Notes: a model not told the origin generated them from the letters alone. A stretch of DNA of 64,000 nt from Methylobacter marinus A45 (GCF_000383855.1 NZ_KB912877.1:3328282-3392281), one strand, 5' to 3'; counted from the stretch's first letter, positions 39,075 through 49,465 are shown. A program made the numbers and translations.

Positions 39075-39390
39075 AGCAATCAGTCCTTACTTGAACAACG
39101 ACTGTTGTGCAAATTATTGATGAGCCTGCCTGAAAAATACAGTAGGGTACGCATTGCGTACCATTCCCAGCGGTCCCGGTAAATGCCATCCCAAAAGGGA
39201 CCAGACTGTGAAAGAATTAGTGAAAAGCGTCATAAAAAAGCCTTATTCACCACGAAGATCACGAAGGACACGAAGAAAAAATAAAATTAATCAATAACTT
39301 AAAACTTCGTGTGCTTCGTGTCCTTCGTGGTTAAATCTTTTAAATTGAATACTTTCACAGTCTCGGACGAGATGCGTACCCTACCGGATT
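39072..39390. repeat. Composite palindromic repeat: outer element (acagtagggtacgcat...atgcgtaccctaccgg) enclosing an inverted copy of element A (39204-39363)
   Basis: The outer arms reappear at 55494-55660 without the inner A element, and the inner segment is the reverse complement of 33055-33216. The repeat begins at the stop codon of the giant ORF. Confidence 0.75.
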
Positions 39391-39613
39391 GAATACCCCG
39401 TGTGCCCAGCCAGTCAGTGAATGGCTTGTTTTCATGGCGGCTCAAGGGCTGGTGCGGCCGCTATTTTTCCTCAGCCTGTCCGATTCCCGCCCGCGGTCCT
39501 GCGCTTGCGCAGGGACAGACGCGGGCCGGGCAGTCGTGAACTCCGTGTTCTTTGTGGTTACAATACCCGCAATCGAGCGGCTGCCGCTTATCCAAATTTA
39601 AACAAACAAGCCT

Positions 39614-39943
39614 ATGAATAAAAAAGACCTGCCTGAAAACTGGAAAAAATCGGCGCAAAGCATACGCGCCATCCAGGTCGCTTTCGAATTTGGCACCGGC
39701 GTATCCGAAAGCATCCGGCGTGAAGCCAACAAAAACGGCCTGAGCACCTCCGACCAAATCAGAAAGATCATTCAGCTGGACATCAAACCGCCTAAGCGCC
39801 CGAGGCTGACGGTATCGCTGACCGAGGACGATTATAAAAAACTGGCGCGGCGGTATCAGCTGGATGCCGGCAACAAAGCCGCGATCCGTGAGGCCATGCG
39901 CCAGGAACTGATCGACTTCGGCAAAAGCATACAATCGGAATAG
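39614..39943 (+). CDS. Ribbon-helix-helix (CopG/Arc-like) DNA-binding protein, two tandem RHH units
   Basis: 109-aa ORF with two beta-strand + helix patterns (SIRAIQVAFEF...SESIRREANKNG and RLTVSLTEDDYKKLARRY...AIREAMRQELID). Confidence 0.45.
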   Translation: MNKKDLPENWKKSAQSIRAIQVAFEFGTGVSESIRREANKNGLSTSDQIRKIIQLDIKPPKRPRLTVSLTEDDYKKLARRYQLDAGNKAAIREAMRQELIDFGKSIQSE

Positions 39944-40077
39944 TTTCAGGCCGGCAAGGGAAAGGGCGGGGAAGAAGCCGACATTCTCACAGGCATTCTT
40001 TTTAACGGATGTTGCGCGCCAGGCATGGACGATGGTGGGAGCGATGCCCTCATCGCGATCTAGAATCGGATTGATGC

Positions 40078-40240
40078 CTTGATACCGTAAAATGAACAGA
40101 CACATAGGGGCGAACCTGTGTGTTCGCCCTTGCTCAACAGTTCTCCGATAACCCGTTGTGCACCCGAAACAGGGCGGACACACAGGTCCGCCCCTACAAT
40201 GCATCCGTACGATAAAGGTGCTCCCTTTGATCTGTATGAG
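40078..40240. repeat. Palindromic MITE-like element C (core hairpin ggggcgaacctgtgtgttcgccc / gggcggacacacaggtccgcccc)
   Basis: An inverted copy is present at 53395-53585, sharing the ggggcgaacNNtgtgtNNcgccc arms and the ctccgataacccgttgtgcacc core. Confidence 0.7.
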
Positions 40241-40501
40241 CCGCATCGCAAATTATTAGGTGATTTCCATGTTAAATATTATTCCGGTAGGTCGGGTTAG
40301 CGCAGCGTAACCCGACGCTGCCTGTTACGCATAAATCGTTTCGGGTGCCTCGGGGACGAATGCCAACGACAGATGCGCCAGTAGCATTCGATCCGGCAGA
40401 GCGCATGCGTCTGCGGCAGGGCCAGGCTGACGGCACGGCTGCATAACATCAGTTCATTTAGACAAATTCCAACACACACAAACTCAGCAATAACCCGGCA
40501 C

Positions 40502-43500
40502 TCAATCCTGCGCCATCGGCCAGAGATGATACAGCAGGACGCGGATGTCGCCGGGAAACGCATCGGGTTTCGCCGCCGAAACCGTTACCGTGTTTTCGCC
40601 CGGCTTCAGCTTAAGCCGCAGGCGGGTGCGTTCGATCTTATTGCCCGGCGCCATGCCGCCGGGCCAGTGGGTCGTATCGCCAGGGCCTTCCGACGTCAGC
40701 GCCTGTCCCGCCGCCAGCACATCGGGAAAGACCATGCTCTCGCCGTTGACCGTGATGATCGGCCGATCGAGCGAAGCCGCCGGCGCTTGCGTCCGGAAGG
40801 CACGGACATTGTCGAGCGTGACGCTGACCGTCGTTTTGGCCGGCACGGCGTCGAAATAAAACAGCAGATATTCTGTCCGCGCCCAGTCGAACTGACTGTC
40901 GGCAGGAAAAGGGAAGGCCAGCAGATGCCAGCCCGTGAAGTCGACAGCGGCTTCGAAATCAACACGCTGTCCCTTGGCATCGCGAAGCTGGATGCGAAGC
41001 TGTTCGTATTTACCGTCGCCCAGAACCCAGACGCCCAAAGCATTCTTGCCCGCCAGGTTCAGAGGCTGCTCGAAGCGCCGGCCGATCGCCGACCAACCGC
41101 CAAATGCCCCTTCGTTCGTCGCCGAGTAGCGCAGGGCGCTGCCGCCGGTCCTTGTCTCGCCGCGGGTAGTCTCGAAATGCTGGCGCACGCCGTCGCGCAC
41201 GGGCCCGGCGGGCGAGACCAGCTTGTCAGGCCGGGGGACAAGCTTCTCGTATTGATTGCGACCGCTCATCCGGAAGGCGGCCGCGTCCTCAAAGCCTTCG
41301 ATCGTGAGCGCGTCCGGGCGGCCGTAAGCGGCTGATGCTCCAGCCATGCTGCCGGCAATGATCTCCACGCCAAGTTCATGGTCGCCCGGCTCATCGTTGC
41401 GGATGGTCCAGGTATTTTGACGGCCGTCCAGCACATCGACGTATCTTAACGGCTCGTAGGCGGCGCGGTAGAGCTGCCAGCCGCCGCCTGCATCATCAAA
41501 CAGCTTGAAATCCTTTTGCGGTTCGCGCAGCCTGGCCTTGACCGGCGCGGGCAGGGGGCCGGCATGCCGGAACTGCTCCCACTTTCGCAGCGTATCCAGC
41601 ATCTGGCGCGACTGCGTCTGATTTTCCAACGCCTCCCGCGAGGTCTCCAGAGAAAGCGATCCGTCCACGGCCATCGCCTTGGCGGCGACATACTCGAGCT
41701 GGTCCGGGCGCATGTCCTTGAACCAGTAATACCAGCCGATATCGGGCCGCGTGAAGTTCGCGTTCATCCGCAGAATCTGCGGCCAGCGCTCGTCGAGATA
41801 GCCCTTGATATCGCCATGGCCGTCCGCCGAAGCGGCTCGCGGCACGATGTGCCAGCGCAAATCGGTACCGAGGCCATTGCTGACCTGATAGAGCACATCC
41901 TTGTTGAATTTGCGGTAATAGGCGAGATGCAGGCGGTTCAGGTAATACCAGCTGTCGATATAGGCATCGATGATGCCGTCGCTGGCATCAAAGTACACCA
42001 TGTCGAAATCCGCACTGTTAAAGACATCGGCGAAGTTCTGGGTCAGTTCGTCGGCGAGCGTGCTGTCGGGATCGACCAGGAAAAATCCCCACAGCGTGAG
42101 CAGCCTCTTTACGCTCGATCCGGCCGGGTGCGCCTGTGCCCTGGTGCCCAATGCGCCGCGCTCGCAATTGACATACAGGAACGGGGGGCCCGGCTGCGCG
42201 GCTTCATAACGGATGATCTCATCGCCGATTCTCAGGTATTGCCCCGGAAACTCCCTGCCGCCAGGGCCTGTCGGCGGCAAGCCGGGTTCGGCCGACAGCG
42301 TGAGGGTGGTGGCTTTCGCATCGAGCGCCTCGGCGAGGTTCGGAACGGGCACCGTTGCCAGACGATCATCCGGCTTCGGCGTGATGTAGGCATCGTTCGG
42401 CGAGATCGAGGGGCCGAATACATGCACGCCGGCCTCGAGACCGGCCGCGTGAATCTTCGCCACCGCCGCCTTCAACCCTGCCAGGCCATGCGGAAAATTG
42501 TCGGTATTGATCCGGTAATGGCCGTGGCTTTCCAACCAGTTGTTTTTCAAAAAAACGAGAGTGCCGAAGCCACCCAGTTTGGCATAGTCGATCAGCGCGT
42601 CGATATTGGCTTCCGAGGCATCGGTGGCGAACAGATAGGACTTTTGCACCGATTCCGATTCGCGCGCCCATTTCCCTCCCAACGTGGGAGACGGCAGGCC
42701 CGCCGCGCGCTCGGCCTCCCGGATCGCGGTCGTGAAATCCCCGATGGGCGCCGCCGCCAGCGAAAATTTGGCGCCGACGAGACCATGACGGCGATGCGCG
42801 CCGCTTCTCAGCCATTGTATCGACTGGCTTGCCGGCATGGGTTGATTGACCGTGTTTTCGCTGATGCCGAAAAAAGCCGCGCCGAATTCGTCATCGTAGG
42901 TGGCGTTGATGGCCGGCGCCACGGTCTTCAGGCGCCGCAAAGGGAAGCCGATGGCAAGGGCATCAAGGTCCGCGGGTTCGGCGCTGAGCACCTCGAAAGT
43001 GAAATGATGCGGCGCGGAAATAACGCGCAAGCTGACCTTGATCTCGGGATCGATGAACCGTGCCGTCAGGACATCGCCCGTTCGGGAGATCCGGGTTGCC
43101 GGCAAGCCTTGCACGCCGGCCCGCGAGGCGGTCAGCAGCGGCCGTCTGGCCGCGATGGCGGCGTAGTCCTTGCCGGAGGCCGGACTGGCAAACCGGGTCA
43201 AAAAACCGGAAGGCGATAAACGCCATTCCACGGCCTCGTTCTGAAAAACCATGTCCGCCGCATCGGCCGGCGGTTCCGGCAAAGCCACGGGTTCCACGCG
43301 CACGTCGTCGATATCGACGCCTTCCGGTGAGGCTGCGGCGATCGCCAACGCCGAATTCAGATAGCCATCGCCGGCGGGCTGATAGAAAGCGGTGAATTGC
43401 CGCCATTGGGCGCCGGCATGTTCCTGCAGCAGCGTCTGGCCGCCGGTCGGCCGGTTCCGGAAATATTCGTACGACTGCACCGAGAACGCGCCGCCCCGGG

Positions 43501-43876
43501 CCCACAAGGAAACGTGATACCAGTTGCCCGCCCGCAAGCCCCGGCAGCCCTGGTACAGATGCGCGGCGCCGCGGGTCGGGGCGGCGATATGGACAAATCG
43601 CGCCCCCGAATGCGGCGCGTCAGTGCCAATCCGCAATCGTCCGGGATAAGCCGGGTTCGGTTGCCAGTCAGAGGGAATCCGGACTGCCGTATCCAGATTC
43701 CATTTTTTTACCCACCCATCAGTGCCCGTCCGGGCGTCGCGGAGCGATTCGAAACCGCCGTTTTTGAGGACGGGGATTTGCTCCGCGGCCGCGTCCGGGC
43801 CGCCGGTTGCCATGATCATGAAAGCCGCAGTGGATATCACTGCGGCGCTTAATCTTATACGCTGCCGCCACTTCAT
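40502..43876 (-). CDS. Large secreted protein with N-terminal carbohydrate-binding-like module and central TIM-barrel glycosidase-like region (hypothetical)
   Basis: Start trimmed to the Met preceding the signal peptide (MKWRQRIRLSAAVISTAAFMIMATGGPDAAA), giving 1124 aa. The ORF-track frame begins at 44023 and would give 1173 aa. NGGFES... CBM4/9-like start. The central block (GFGTLVFLKNNW...HGLAGLKAAVAKIHAAGLEAGVHVFG) resembles glycoside-hydrolase-like TIM barrels. Confidence 0.55.
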   Translation of the reverse strand: MKWRQRIRLSAAVISTAAFMIMATGGPDAAAEQIPVLKNGGFESLRDARTGTDGWVKKWNLDTAVRIPSDWQPNPAYPGRLRIGTDAPHSGARFVHIAAPTRGAAHLYQGCRGLRAGNWYHVSLWARGGAFSVQSYEYFRNRPTGGQTLLQEHAGAQWRQFTAFYQPAGDGYLNSALAIAAASPEGVDIDDVRVEPVALPEPPADAADMVFQNEAVEWRLSPSGFLTRFASPASGKDYAAIAARRPLLTASRAGVQGLPATRISRTGDVLTARFIDPEIKVSLRVISAPHHFTFEVLSAEPADLDALAIGFPLRRLKTVAPAINATYDDEFGAAFFGISENTVNQPMPASQSIQWLRSGAHRRHGLVGAKFSLAAAPIGDFTTAIREAERAAGLPSPTLGGKWARESESVQKSYLFATDASEANIDALIDYAKLGGFGTLVFLKNNWLESHGHYRINTDNFPHGLAGLKAAVAKIHAAGLEAGVHVFGPSISPNDAYITPKPDDRLATVPVPNLAEALDAKATTLTLSAEPGLPPTGPGGREFPGQYLRIGDEIIRYEAAQPGPPFLYVNCERGALGTRAQAHPAGSSVKRLLTLWGFFLVDPDSTLADELTQNFADVFNSADFDMVYFDASDGIIDAYIDSWYYLNRLHLAYYRKFNKDVLYQVSNGLGTDLRWHIVPRAASADGHGDIKGYLDERWPQILRMNANFTRPDIGWYYWFKDMRPDQLEYVAAKAMAVDGSLSLETSREALENQTQSRQMLDTLRKWEQFRHAGPLPAPVKARLREPQKDFKLFDDAGGGWQLYRAAYEPLRYVDVLDGRQNTWTIRNDEPGDHELGVEIIAGSMAGASAAYGRPDALTIEGFEDAAAFRMSGRNQYEKLVPRPDKLVSPAGPVRDGVRQHFETTRGETRTGGSALRYSATNEGAFGGWSAIGRRFEQPLNLAGKNALGVWVLGDGKYEQLRIQLRDAKGQRVDFEAAVDFTGWHLLAFPFPADSQFDWARTEYLLFYFDAVPAKTTVSVTLDNVRAFRTQAPAASLDRPIITVNGESMVFPDVLAAGQALTSEGPGDTTHWPGGMAPGNKIERTRLRLKLKPGENTVTVSAAKPDAFPGDIRVLLYHLWPMAQD

Positions 43877-44151
43877 TTTTTCATATCTTAATGCTGGTGA
43901 AATTTTCAGATTCGGGACCGGCCCGCTTGCCCGGCTTTTTTGTAATTGCGCGTCCTGGCAAAGAGCCCCATCCCCGGCAATCTTACCGGTTTTGGTCCCG
44001 GAATTTATCCGACCAATAGACAATTTGCCGTTTTGGAGGGTTGAAAATCATCCGCGGCGGGTTTCAATCCGATTTTTATAAATGCGTTAAACCTCGATTT
44101 ATCAATGCTGATTTTGCGTCTTAGGTTTTCTAACGAGAAGGATGCTTTATA

Positions 44152-46689
44152 ATGGCCCGTTTCCATTGTTCATCAGCCCCTGCAAGAACAATCATACTCA
44201 TGAAAAAGAACCCAATGCCCGTTTCCGGTTCAGCCGGGAATAATCTTGAAAACCAGGCTCTGTCCCAGCTGAACGCCGGCAAGTACAAGGAAGCGATCGA
44301 GCTGTATAAAAAATTACTGAAGGATACCGACAACAGCGACTGGCGCCAGCAATTGGCTTACTGTTACCTGCAAAGAGCATCGGCATTTGCCGCCAAGGGC
44401 ATGTATAAGGAGGCGCTGGGGCTGTGGGAAAATTACAGCCAGCAGGCACAGCCGCCGTACGAAAAATACGATCATTACCTTGCCTGGCTGATTCAAACCA
44501 AAAATCCGGCCAAAATCCTGTCAGGCCTGCAACGGTTATCGGCCCGGCAGCTGGATAAAGACTATCCCGGGCTGGCCGCCTTGTTGGGCTTGCTGATTAT
44601 CACCCGGCATCCGGAATTTCAGCAGGCCTTGCCCCAGGACGCCGACTTCATGGCGCATTCAGCGATAGTGCGGACGGCGTTGCAGGCCTATCAGGACAAC
44701 AACCCGGCGGGCGCGGAGGAGGCGTTAAAACAATTGCCCTATCGCTCCGCCTTCAGGGATTTCCGCACCTTGCTGAAGGCGGCGCTCACGTTGCCGGCCT
44801 CGCCTGGCGAAGCGCAGTCACTGCTGGACAAAATCCCGGCAAACTCGCCCTACGCGCAAACCGCCGGCCTGTTGCGGACCTGCACCCTGAACGGCCGGGC
44901 GCTGGTCCGGGAAATGGCAAGGTTCAATCGTCAACAGCGCGGGCTGATCGGGGACATCATGGGCCTGGATCAAAAGCAGTCCGATTTCATCGAGCAGTTA
45001 AGCCGGCACAAGGATCGCCTGTCCGACAAGCTGAAATTCAATCTGGCCGCTCAATACCGGTCGCTTTGCGGTCCAGAGTCGGCGAGGCGCTTCTGTTTTA
45101 CGCTGCTGACCCGGTATCCGGCCGGCCAGCGCGACTTCGAGAAACTCTTCGGCCCCGTCGATGAATTCGAACACAACCGGTTGAAGGCGCTGGCCTGCGA
45201 GCAGGAAAACAACGATGCCGAATATTATTGGCGCCAGTGCATCCGGACCCTGGCCAGGGAACGCGACCCCGGCAATGACTTGAAGATCGCGCTGATATTG
45301 CGCCATCTTGCGGAACAACAGCCGGATCCCGAGGAGAAAAACCAGTTGCTGAACGAAAGTCTGCTGTACGACCCTGACGACCGGGCCAGTTATCTGCGGA
45401 CTCTCGACTATTATGGACAGTCTCCGGATACCGCCGAAAGCTATAAACAGTGGCTGGATGACACCCTCGCCCGATTCCCGCTGGACCTTGAGGTACTGAC
45501 CCTGGCGGTCCAGGCGGCCATGCGCGATAACGCTTATAAAAAAGCCAGCCAGTACGCGCGGAAAATCCTGAAAACCGATCCCTTGAATACGTTTGCCAAG
45601 CAAACGCTGTTTGCCTGCCATCTGGCGCGGGCGCGCAAACTGATACAAGGCAAAAAATACCCGGCGGTCGAACAGGAAATCCAGCAGGCGGAAGACCTGA
45701 AAATGGGCAAAAGTTACGCACTCCAGATGCAACTGGTGCGGGGCCTGTTCTGTTTTGCCGCCGAGGACAAGCCGCAAGGCATGCAATTCATCGCCGAGGC
45801 GCTGGGCAAGCTCAATACGGACCCGGTCAACATGCATTTCCAGGCCGCCATGGAAGCGCAGCTGACGAATCTGCCCGTCGCGACCCTGTTGCGGGAATTG
45901 CCGCCCGCCAGGGATTATTTATTATCCGGGCAGGAACTGGCCCGGTTGATCGAGCGACTAAAACAGTACGGCCGGGACGCCGGCAGTCTGGAACGGCTGC
46001 ACAAGGCGCTGGACAGAGTCAAGGCGCCCCTGAAAAAGTCGCTGCAACAGCCGGACTACGATGAAGCCCTGCTGTTAACCTTGTGCGAGACGCTGGACGA
46101 TATCAGGCATTACGAGTTATTGCGCCATTGCGTGAAAGAGGCGCAAGCTAAATGGCAAAAACCCATCTGGAACTATTACCTGGTTTATGCCGGGACCTCT
46201 GGCTGCCCCGAACGCTGTTCTTACGGGCAAATCTTGAGCCTGGAAACTAACCGTGAAGTGGCCCGGCTGGAGAAAGATCATCGCACCATGGTGCTGATTG
46301 ACCATTACCTTAAGCGCTATCATGAAGCGCATCCTTCGATGGGGCTGGGCTTTCTCGACAGCCTGCTGCCTCCGGATGAACAGCCGGGCGCCGAAGATCC
46401 GTTCGATAGACTGTTCGGCCATTTGCCCGATGAGATATTCGATAAGCTCAATAAAAAACTGGAAGCCTTGGCTAAAAAAACATCGCCGGAGCGGCTTGTT
46501 CAGGAGCTGGCCGGCGTGGTCGGCGATGACAGCAAACTCATGCAGGCCATCATGCTGGACCCTGATTTGTTCACGGCCCTGATGCTAGTGAAAGCCGCCG
46601 GCGATTTGGGCATCAATATCGATGTCAGCGTTGACGATGTCCTGGCCTGTTTCGACGCGGACCAAAAGCCCGGCCGGTTCCCCTTTTAA
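44152..46689 (+). CDS. Large TPR-repeat protein (845 aa)
   Basis: AAGGA RBS upstream of the start. Multiple TPR-like units (YKEAIELYKKLLKD, AYCYLQRASAFAAKGMYKEAL, YKKASQYARKILKTDPLN). First gene of a co-directional block with the J-like/GrpE-like/Hsp70-like genes. Confidence 0.6.
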   Translation: MARFHCSSAPARTIILMKKNPMPVSGSAGNNLENQALSQLNAGKYKEAIELYKKLLKDTDNSDWRQQLAYCYLQRASAFAAKGMYKEALGLWENYSQQAQPPYEKYDHYLAWLIQTKNPAKILSGLQRLSARQLDKDYPGLAALLGLLIITRHPEFQQALPQDADFMAHSAIVRTALQAYQDNNPAGAEEALKQLPYRSAFRDFRTLLKAALTLPASPGEAQSLLDKIPANSPYAQTAGLLRTCTLNGRALVREMARFNRQQRGLIGDIMGLDQKQSDFIEQLSRHKDRLSDKLKFNLAAQYRSLCGPESARRFCFTLLTRYPAGQRDFEKLFGPVDEFEHNRLKALACEQENNDAEYYWRQCIRTLARERDPGNDLKIALILRHLAEQQPDPEEKNQLLNESLLYDPDDRASYLRTLDYYGQSPDTAESYKQWLDDTLARFPLDLEVLTLAVQAAMRDNAYKKASQYARKILKTDPLNTFAKQTLFACHLARARKLIQGKKYPAVEQEIQQAEDLKMGKSYALQMQLVRGLFCFAAEDKPQGMQFIAEALGKLNTDPVNMHFQAAMEAQLTNLPVATLLRELPPARDYLLSGQELARLIERLKQYGRDAGSLERLHKALDRVKAPLKKSLQQPDYDEALLLTLCETLDDIRHYELLRHCVKEAQAKWQKPIWNYYLVYAGTSGCPERCSYGQILSLETNREVARLEKDHRTMVLIDHYLKRYHEAHPSMGLGFLDSLLPPDEQPGAEDPFDRLFGHLPDEIFDKLNKKLEALAKKTSPERLVQELAGVVGDDSKLMQAIMLDPDLFTALMLVKAAGDLGINIDVSVDDVLACFDADQKPGRFPF

Positions 46690-46704
46690 CCCTGGTAAGC
46701 CGCT

Positions 46705-47043
46705 ATGAAGACACCTTATGAAATCCTGAACGTTGCCGCCGATGCCGGCGATGCCGAAATCAAGCAGGCGTATCTGCGCAAAGTCAAAGGCAATCCGCCG
46801 GATCGCGACCGGGAACAGTTTCAAACAATTCATAGTGCCTATGAAGCGATCAAGGACCATAAAAGCCGGGTGAGCCATGCCCTGTTCACAGCGCCCGAGG
46901 CCGATTTCGAGGCGCTGCTCGACCAGGCCTTTACCGTCGCGCAGCCCCCGCGAATCGGGCCGGAACAGTTTAACGGGCTGCTGCACGCCGGCATCGACGA
47001 TCAAACCCTGCTGAACGCCCTGGCCAATTCCGGAAAACCATGA
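46705..47043 (+). CDS. J-domain-like co-chaperone with degenerate HPD motif (GNPPD)
   Basis: The N-terminal segment (TPYEILNVAADAGDAEIKQAYLRKVKGNPPDRDREQFQTIHSAYEAIKD) follows the J-domain helix I-III layout, but the His of the HPD motif is replaced by Pro. Its stop overlaps the next gene. Confidence 0.5.
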   Translation: MKTPYEILNVAADAGDAEIKQAYLRKVKGNPPDRDREQFQTIHSAYEAIKDHKSRVSHALFTAPEADFEALLDQAFTVAQPPRIGPEQFNGLLHAGIDDQTLLNALANSGKP

Positions 47044-47708
47044 CTACAGACACACAAACAAACCAGTTACTCGAAGACTTCCGCACTTATCTGGAACAGA
47101 GCCGGCCTGAGCCATTCGTCGCCGAGGAACAGCCCGATCTGAACACGTTGCTCACGGAAATGGCGGGCCTGAAAACCGAAGTGAAAGCCGAATCCAGGCA
47201 GTTCAAGAGTACCCTGGATACGCTCGGCTCGGCGCTGGCCACCGTGCAGGAAGACAATAAAGCCCTGTCGGCGGAACTGGCCAGGCATGCCGAGCGGCTG
47301 GAACAGCAGCAACGTCAAATCATGCGCGCCGTGCTGTTGGATATCGTCGACATCTACGATCGTTTGACCACCGGCCTGGAGGTGCTGCGCAACTACCAGC
47401 CGGTCGCATCGCTGTTCAAACATTCCAGGGACCAGGACGTGCGGTTTATCAGGCAGTTCAGGGAAGGGCAGGAAATGACGGTCAGGCGCTTTGAGCAATT
47501 CCTGGAGCGCTATCAGGTGCGGCCGCTGGACTGCGTCGGGCAAGTGCTGGATCCTGTGACCATGACGGCTGTTGAGACCGGTTATCATCCAAAATTCGAA
47601 AACGGCATCGTGCTGGAGGAACTGCGGAAAGGTTTTCTATTCCAGGATCAGGTTCTGCGGCTGGCGGAAGTTAAAGTCAATAAAATCAACGCTAGGGAAC
47701 ACTTATGA
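47040..47708 (+). CDS. GrpE-like nucleotide exchange factor
   Basis: A long N-terminal coiled-coil followed by a C-terminal beta domain whose pattern (LDPVTMTAVETGYHP...NGIVLEELRKGFLFQDQVLRLAEVKV) matches the GrpE C-terminus. Overlaps the Hsp70 start (ATGA). Confidence 0.6.
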   Translation: MTTDTQTNQLLEDFRTYLEQSRPEPFVAEEQPDLNTLLTEMAGLKTEVKAESRQFKSTLDTLGSALATVQEDNKALSAELARHAERLEQQQRQIMRAVLLDIVDIYDRLTTGLEVLRNYQPVASLFKHSRDQDVRFIRQFREGQEMTVRRFEQFLERYQVRPLDCVGQVLDPVTMTAVETGYHPKFENGIVLEELRKGFLFQDQVLRLAEVKVNKINAREHL

Positions 47709-49465
47709 ACGAAATCATCATTGGCATCGATTTAGGCACCACCAACTCGGAAGTCGCGATTGTCGAGCAGGGCAAGGTCAGGGTAATCGCCGACGGCGAC
47801 AAAAAAATCCTGCCCTCGTTTGTCGGCATCGACGACCACGGCGGCATTCTGGTCGGTGAAGCGGCGCGGAACCAATACCTGGTTTATCCGGAGCGCACCG
47901 TTAAATCGATCAAGCGCCTGATGGGGCAAAATATCCAGGTGGATCTGGCGGGCCAGTCCTATGCGCCGCAGGAAATTTCCGCCATCATTCTTAAACGCCT
48001 TAAAGCCATCGCCGAAAAGCATCTCGGGCAACCGGTCGGCAAGGCCGTCATCACTGTGCCGGCCTATTTTTCCGACGCCCAGCGGCAAGCCACGCGCGAG
48101 GCCGGCGAAATCGCGGGACTGGACGTCGTGCGCATGATCAACGAGCCCACCGCGGCGGCACTGGCTTATGGCGCCAGCCAGATCGAAGCCAAGCGCATGT
48201 TGGTGTACGACCTGGGCGGCGGCACCTTCGACGTGTCCGTGGTCAACGTCCAGTCCGGCGTTGTCGAAGTGCTGTCCAGTCACGGCGACAACCACCTGGG
48301 CGGCGACGACTTTGATCAGCAAATCATCGAACACCTGCTCAAGCATCTGCAAAAAACCTATAATGTCGACGCCCGCGGCCACAGCAAAGCCATGGCGCGC
48401 ATCACCCGGGCCGCGGAAAATGCCAAACTCCTGCTTTCCGATGAGCCTTACGCACGGATTGAAGAAGAGTATCTGCTGGAGCATGAAGGCTCGGCCATCC
48501 ACTTGTCCCTCGAATTGTCCAGGCTGGAATACGAGATGATGATCGAGGATTACATCAACGCTACCCTGGACGCCGTGCATATCGCCCTGAAAGGGGCAAA
48601 ACTGACCGTGGCGGATATCGATGAAGTCATACTGGTCGGCGGTTCCACACGCATGCCTTGTATCCGGGAACGCATGTTCGATGAATTCGGCTACGAACCG
48701 CACGGCGAAGTCGATCCCGATTTGTGCGTGGCCATGGGCGCGGCGATTCAGGCGGCCATGATCGGCGGCCAGCAAGTGGATACGGTGCTGGTCGATGTGA
48801 CGCCTTATACCTACGGCACTAGTGCCATAGGCACGCTGAACGGCCAGTCTTATCCTTTCATGTATGTGCCGATCATCCACAAAAACAGCGTGCTGCCGAT
48901 CCGTAAAACCGAAGCCTTCATGACCACCCACGACGGCCAGGAAGTCGTTGAGGTCACGATTTATCAGGGCGAGGACCCCGATGCCCTGAACAATATCAGC
49001 ATCGGCGAGTTTCGGATCGAAGGCCTGCGCGATGTCGAAGCCGGCAACGTGATAACGCTGACCCTGGATCTGGACCTCAACGGCATTCTGCACGTGTCGG
49101 CGCAGGAAAAAGACACCGGACTGGAAAAATCGATCACGATTAAAAATGCCCTGTCGCGTTTTGAAAGCACCACCCTGGATACCGCCAGACAGCGCATCAC
49201 CTCGTTATTCGGGCACCTGGAACCCGGTCCGGATGAACAGGGCGCGGCGGAACCGTTCGAGGAACCGGCCGCGCCGGAAATCGAGGAGGCGCGCAATGTC
49301 ATGGCTAAGGCCGAAAGTTTGTTCGAGCAGGTCTCCGACGCGGACAAGGAGGATATGGTCGATTTGATTGGCTCCATAACAGCGTGCATCGAAGCCGGGG
49401 ATATCGACGGACTGCGGGAGCCGGTCGAACAATTGAAAGACATTATCTACTATCTGGAATCCTGA
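47705..49465 (+). CDS. Hsp70-family ATPase (DnaK/HscC-like, C-terminally shortened)
   Basis: Hsp70 signature blocks IGIDLGTTNSEVAI, VITVPAYFSDAQRQATREAGEIAGLDVVRMINEPTAAALAYG, VYDLGGGTFDVSVV and LVGGSTRMP. At 586 aa it is shorter than DnaK and lacks most of the lid/EEVD tail. Confidence 0.85.
   Translation: MNEIIIGIDLGTTNSEVAIVEQGKVRVIADGDKKILPSFVGIDDHGGILVGEAARNQYLVYPERTVKSIKRLMGQNIQVDLAGQSYAPQEISAIILKRLKAIAEKHLGQPVGKAVITVPAYFSDAQRQATREAGEIAGLDVVRMINEPTAAALAYGASQIEAKRMLVYDLGGGTFDVSVVNVQSGVVEVLSSHGDNHLGGDDFDQQIIEHLLKHLQKTYNVDARGHSKAMARITRAAENAKLLLSDEPYARIEEEYLLEHEGSAIHLSLELSRLEYEMMIEDYINATLDAVHIALKGAKLTVADIDEVILVGGSTRMPCIRERMFDEFGYEPHGEVDPDLCVAMGAAIQAAMIGGQQVDTVLVDVTPYTYGTSAIGTLNGQSYPFMYVPIIHKNSVLPIRKTEAFMTTHDGQEVVEVTIYQGEDPDALNNISIGEFRIEGLRDVEAGNVITLTLDLDLNGILHVSAQEKDTGLEKSITIKNALSRFESTTLDTARQRITSLFGHLEPGPDEQGAAEPFEEPAAPEIEEARNVMAKAESLFEQVSDADKEDMVDLIGSITACIEAGDIDGLREPVEQLKDIIYYLES

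Noticed and set aside
39461-40246. 261-aa minus-strand ORF
   Set aside because: Spans the MITE-like repeats and is antisense to the RHH gene. Low-complexity Cys/Arg/Gly-rich translation; treated as spurious.
40526-43219. Plus-strand ORFs 40526-41335 and 41516-43219
   Set aside because: Antisense to the 1124-aa secreted-protein gene; Arg-rich, low-complexity translations.
47732-49093. 453-aa minus-strand ORF
   Set aside because: Antisense to the Hsp70-like gene, whose signature motifs are unambiguous.
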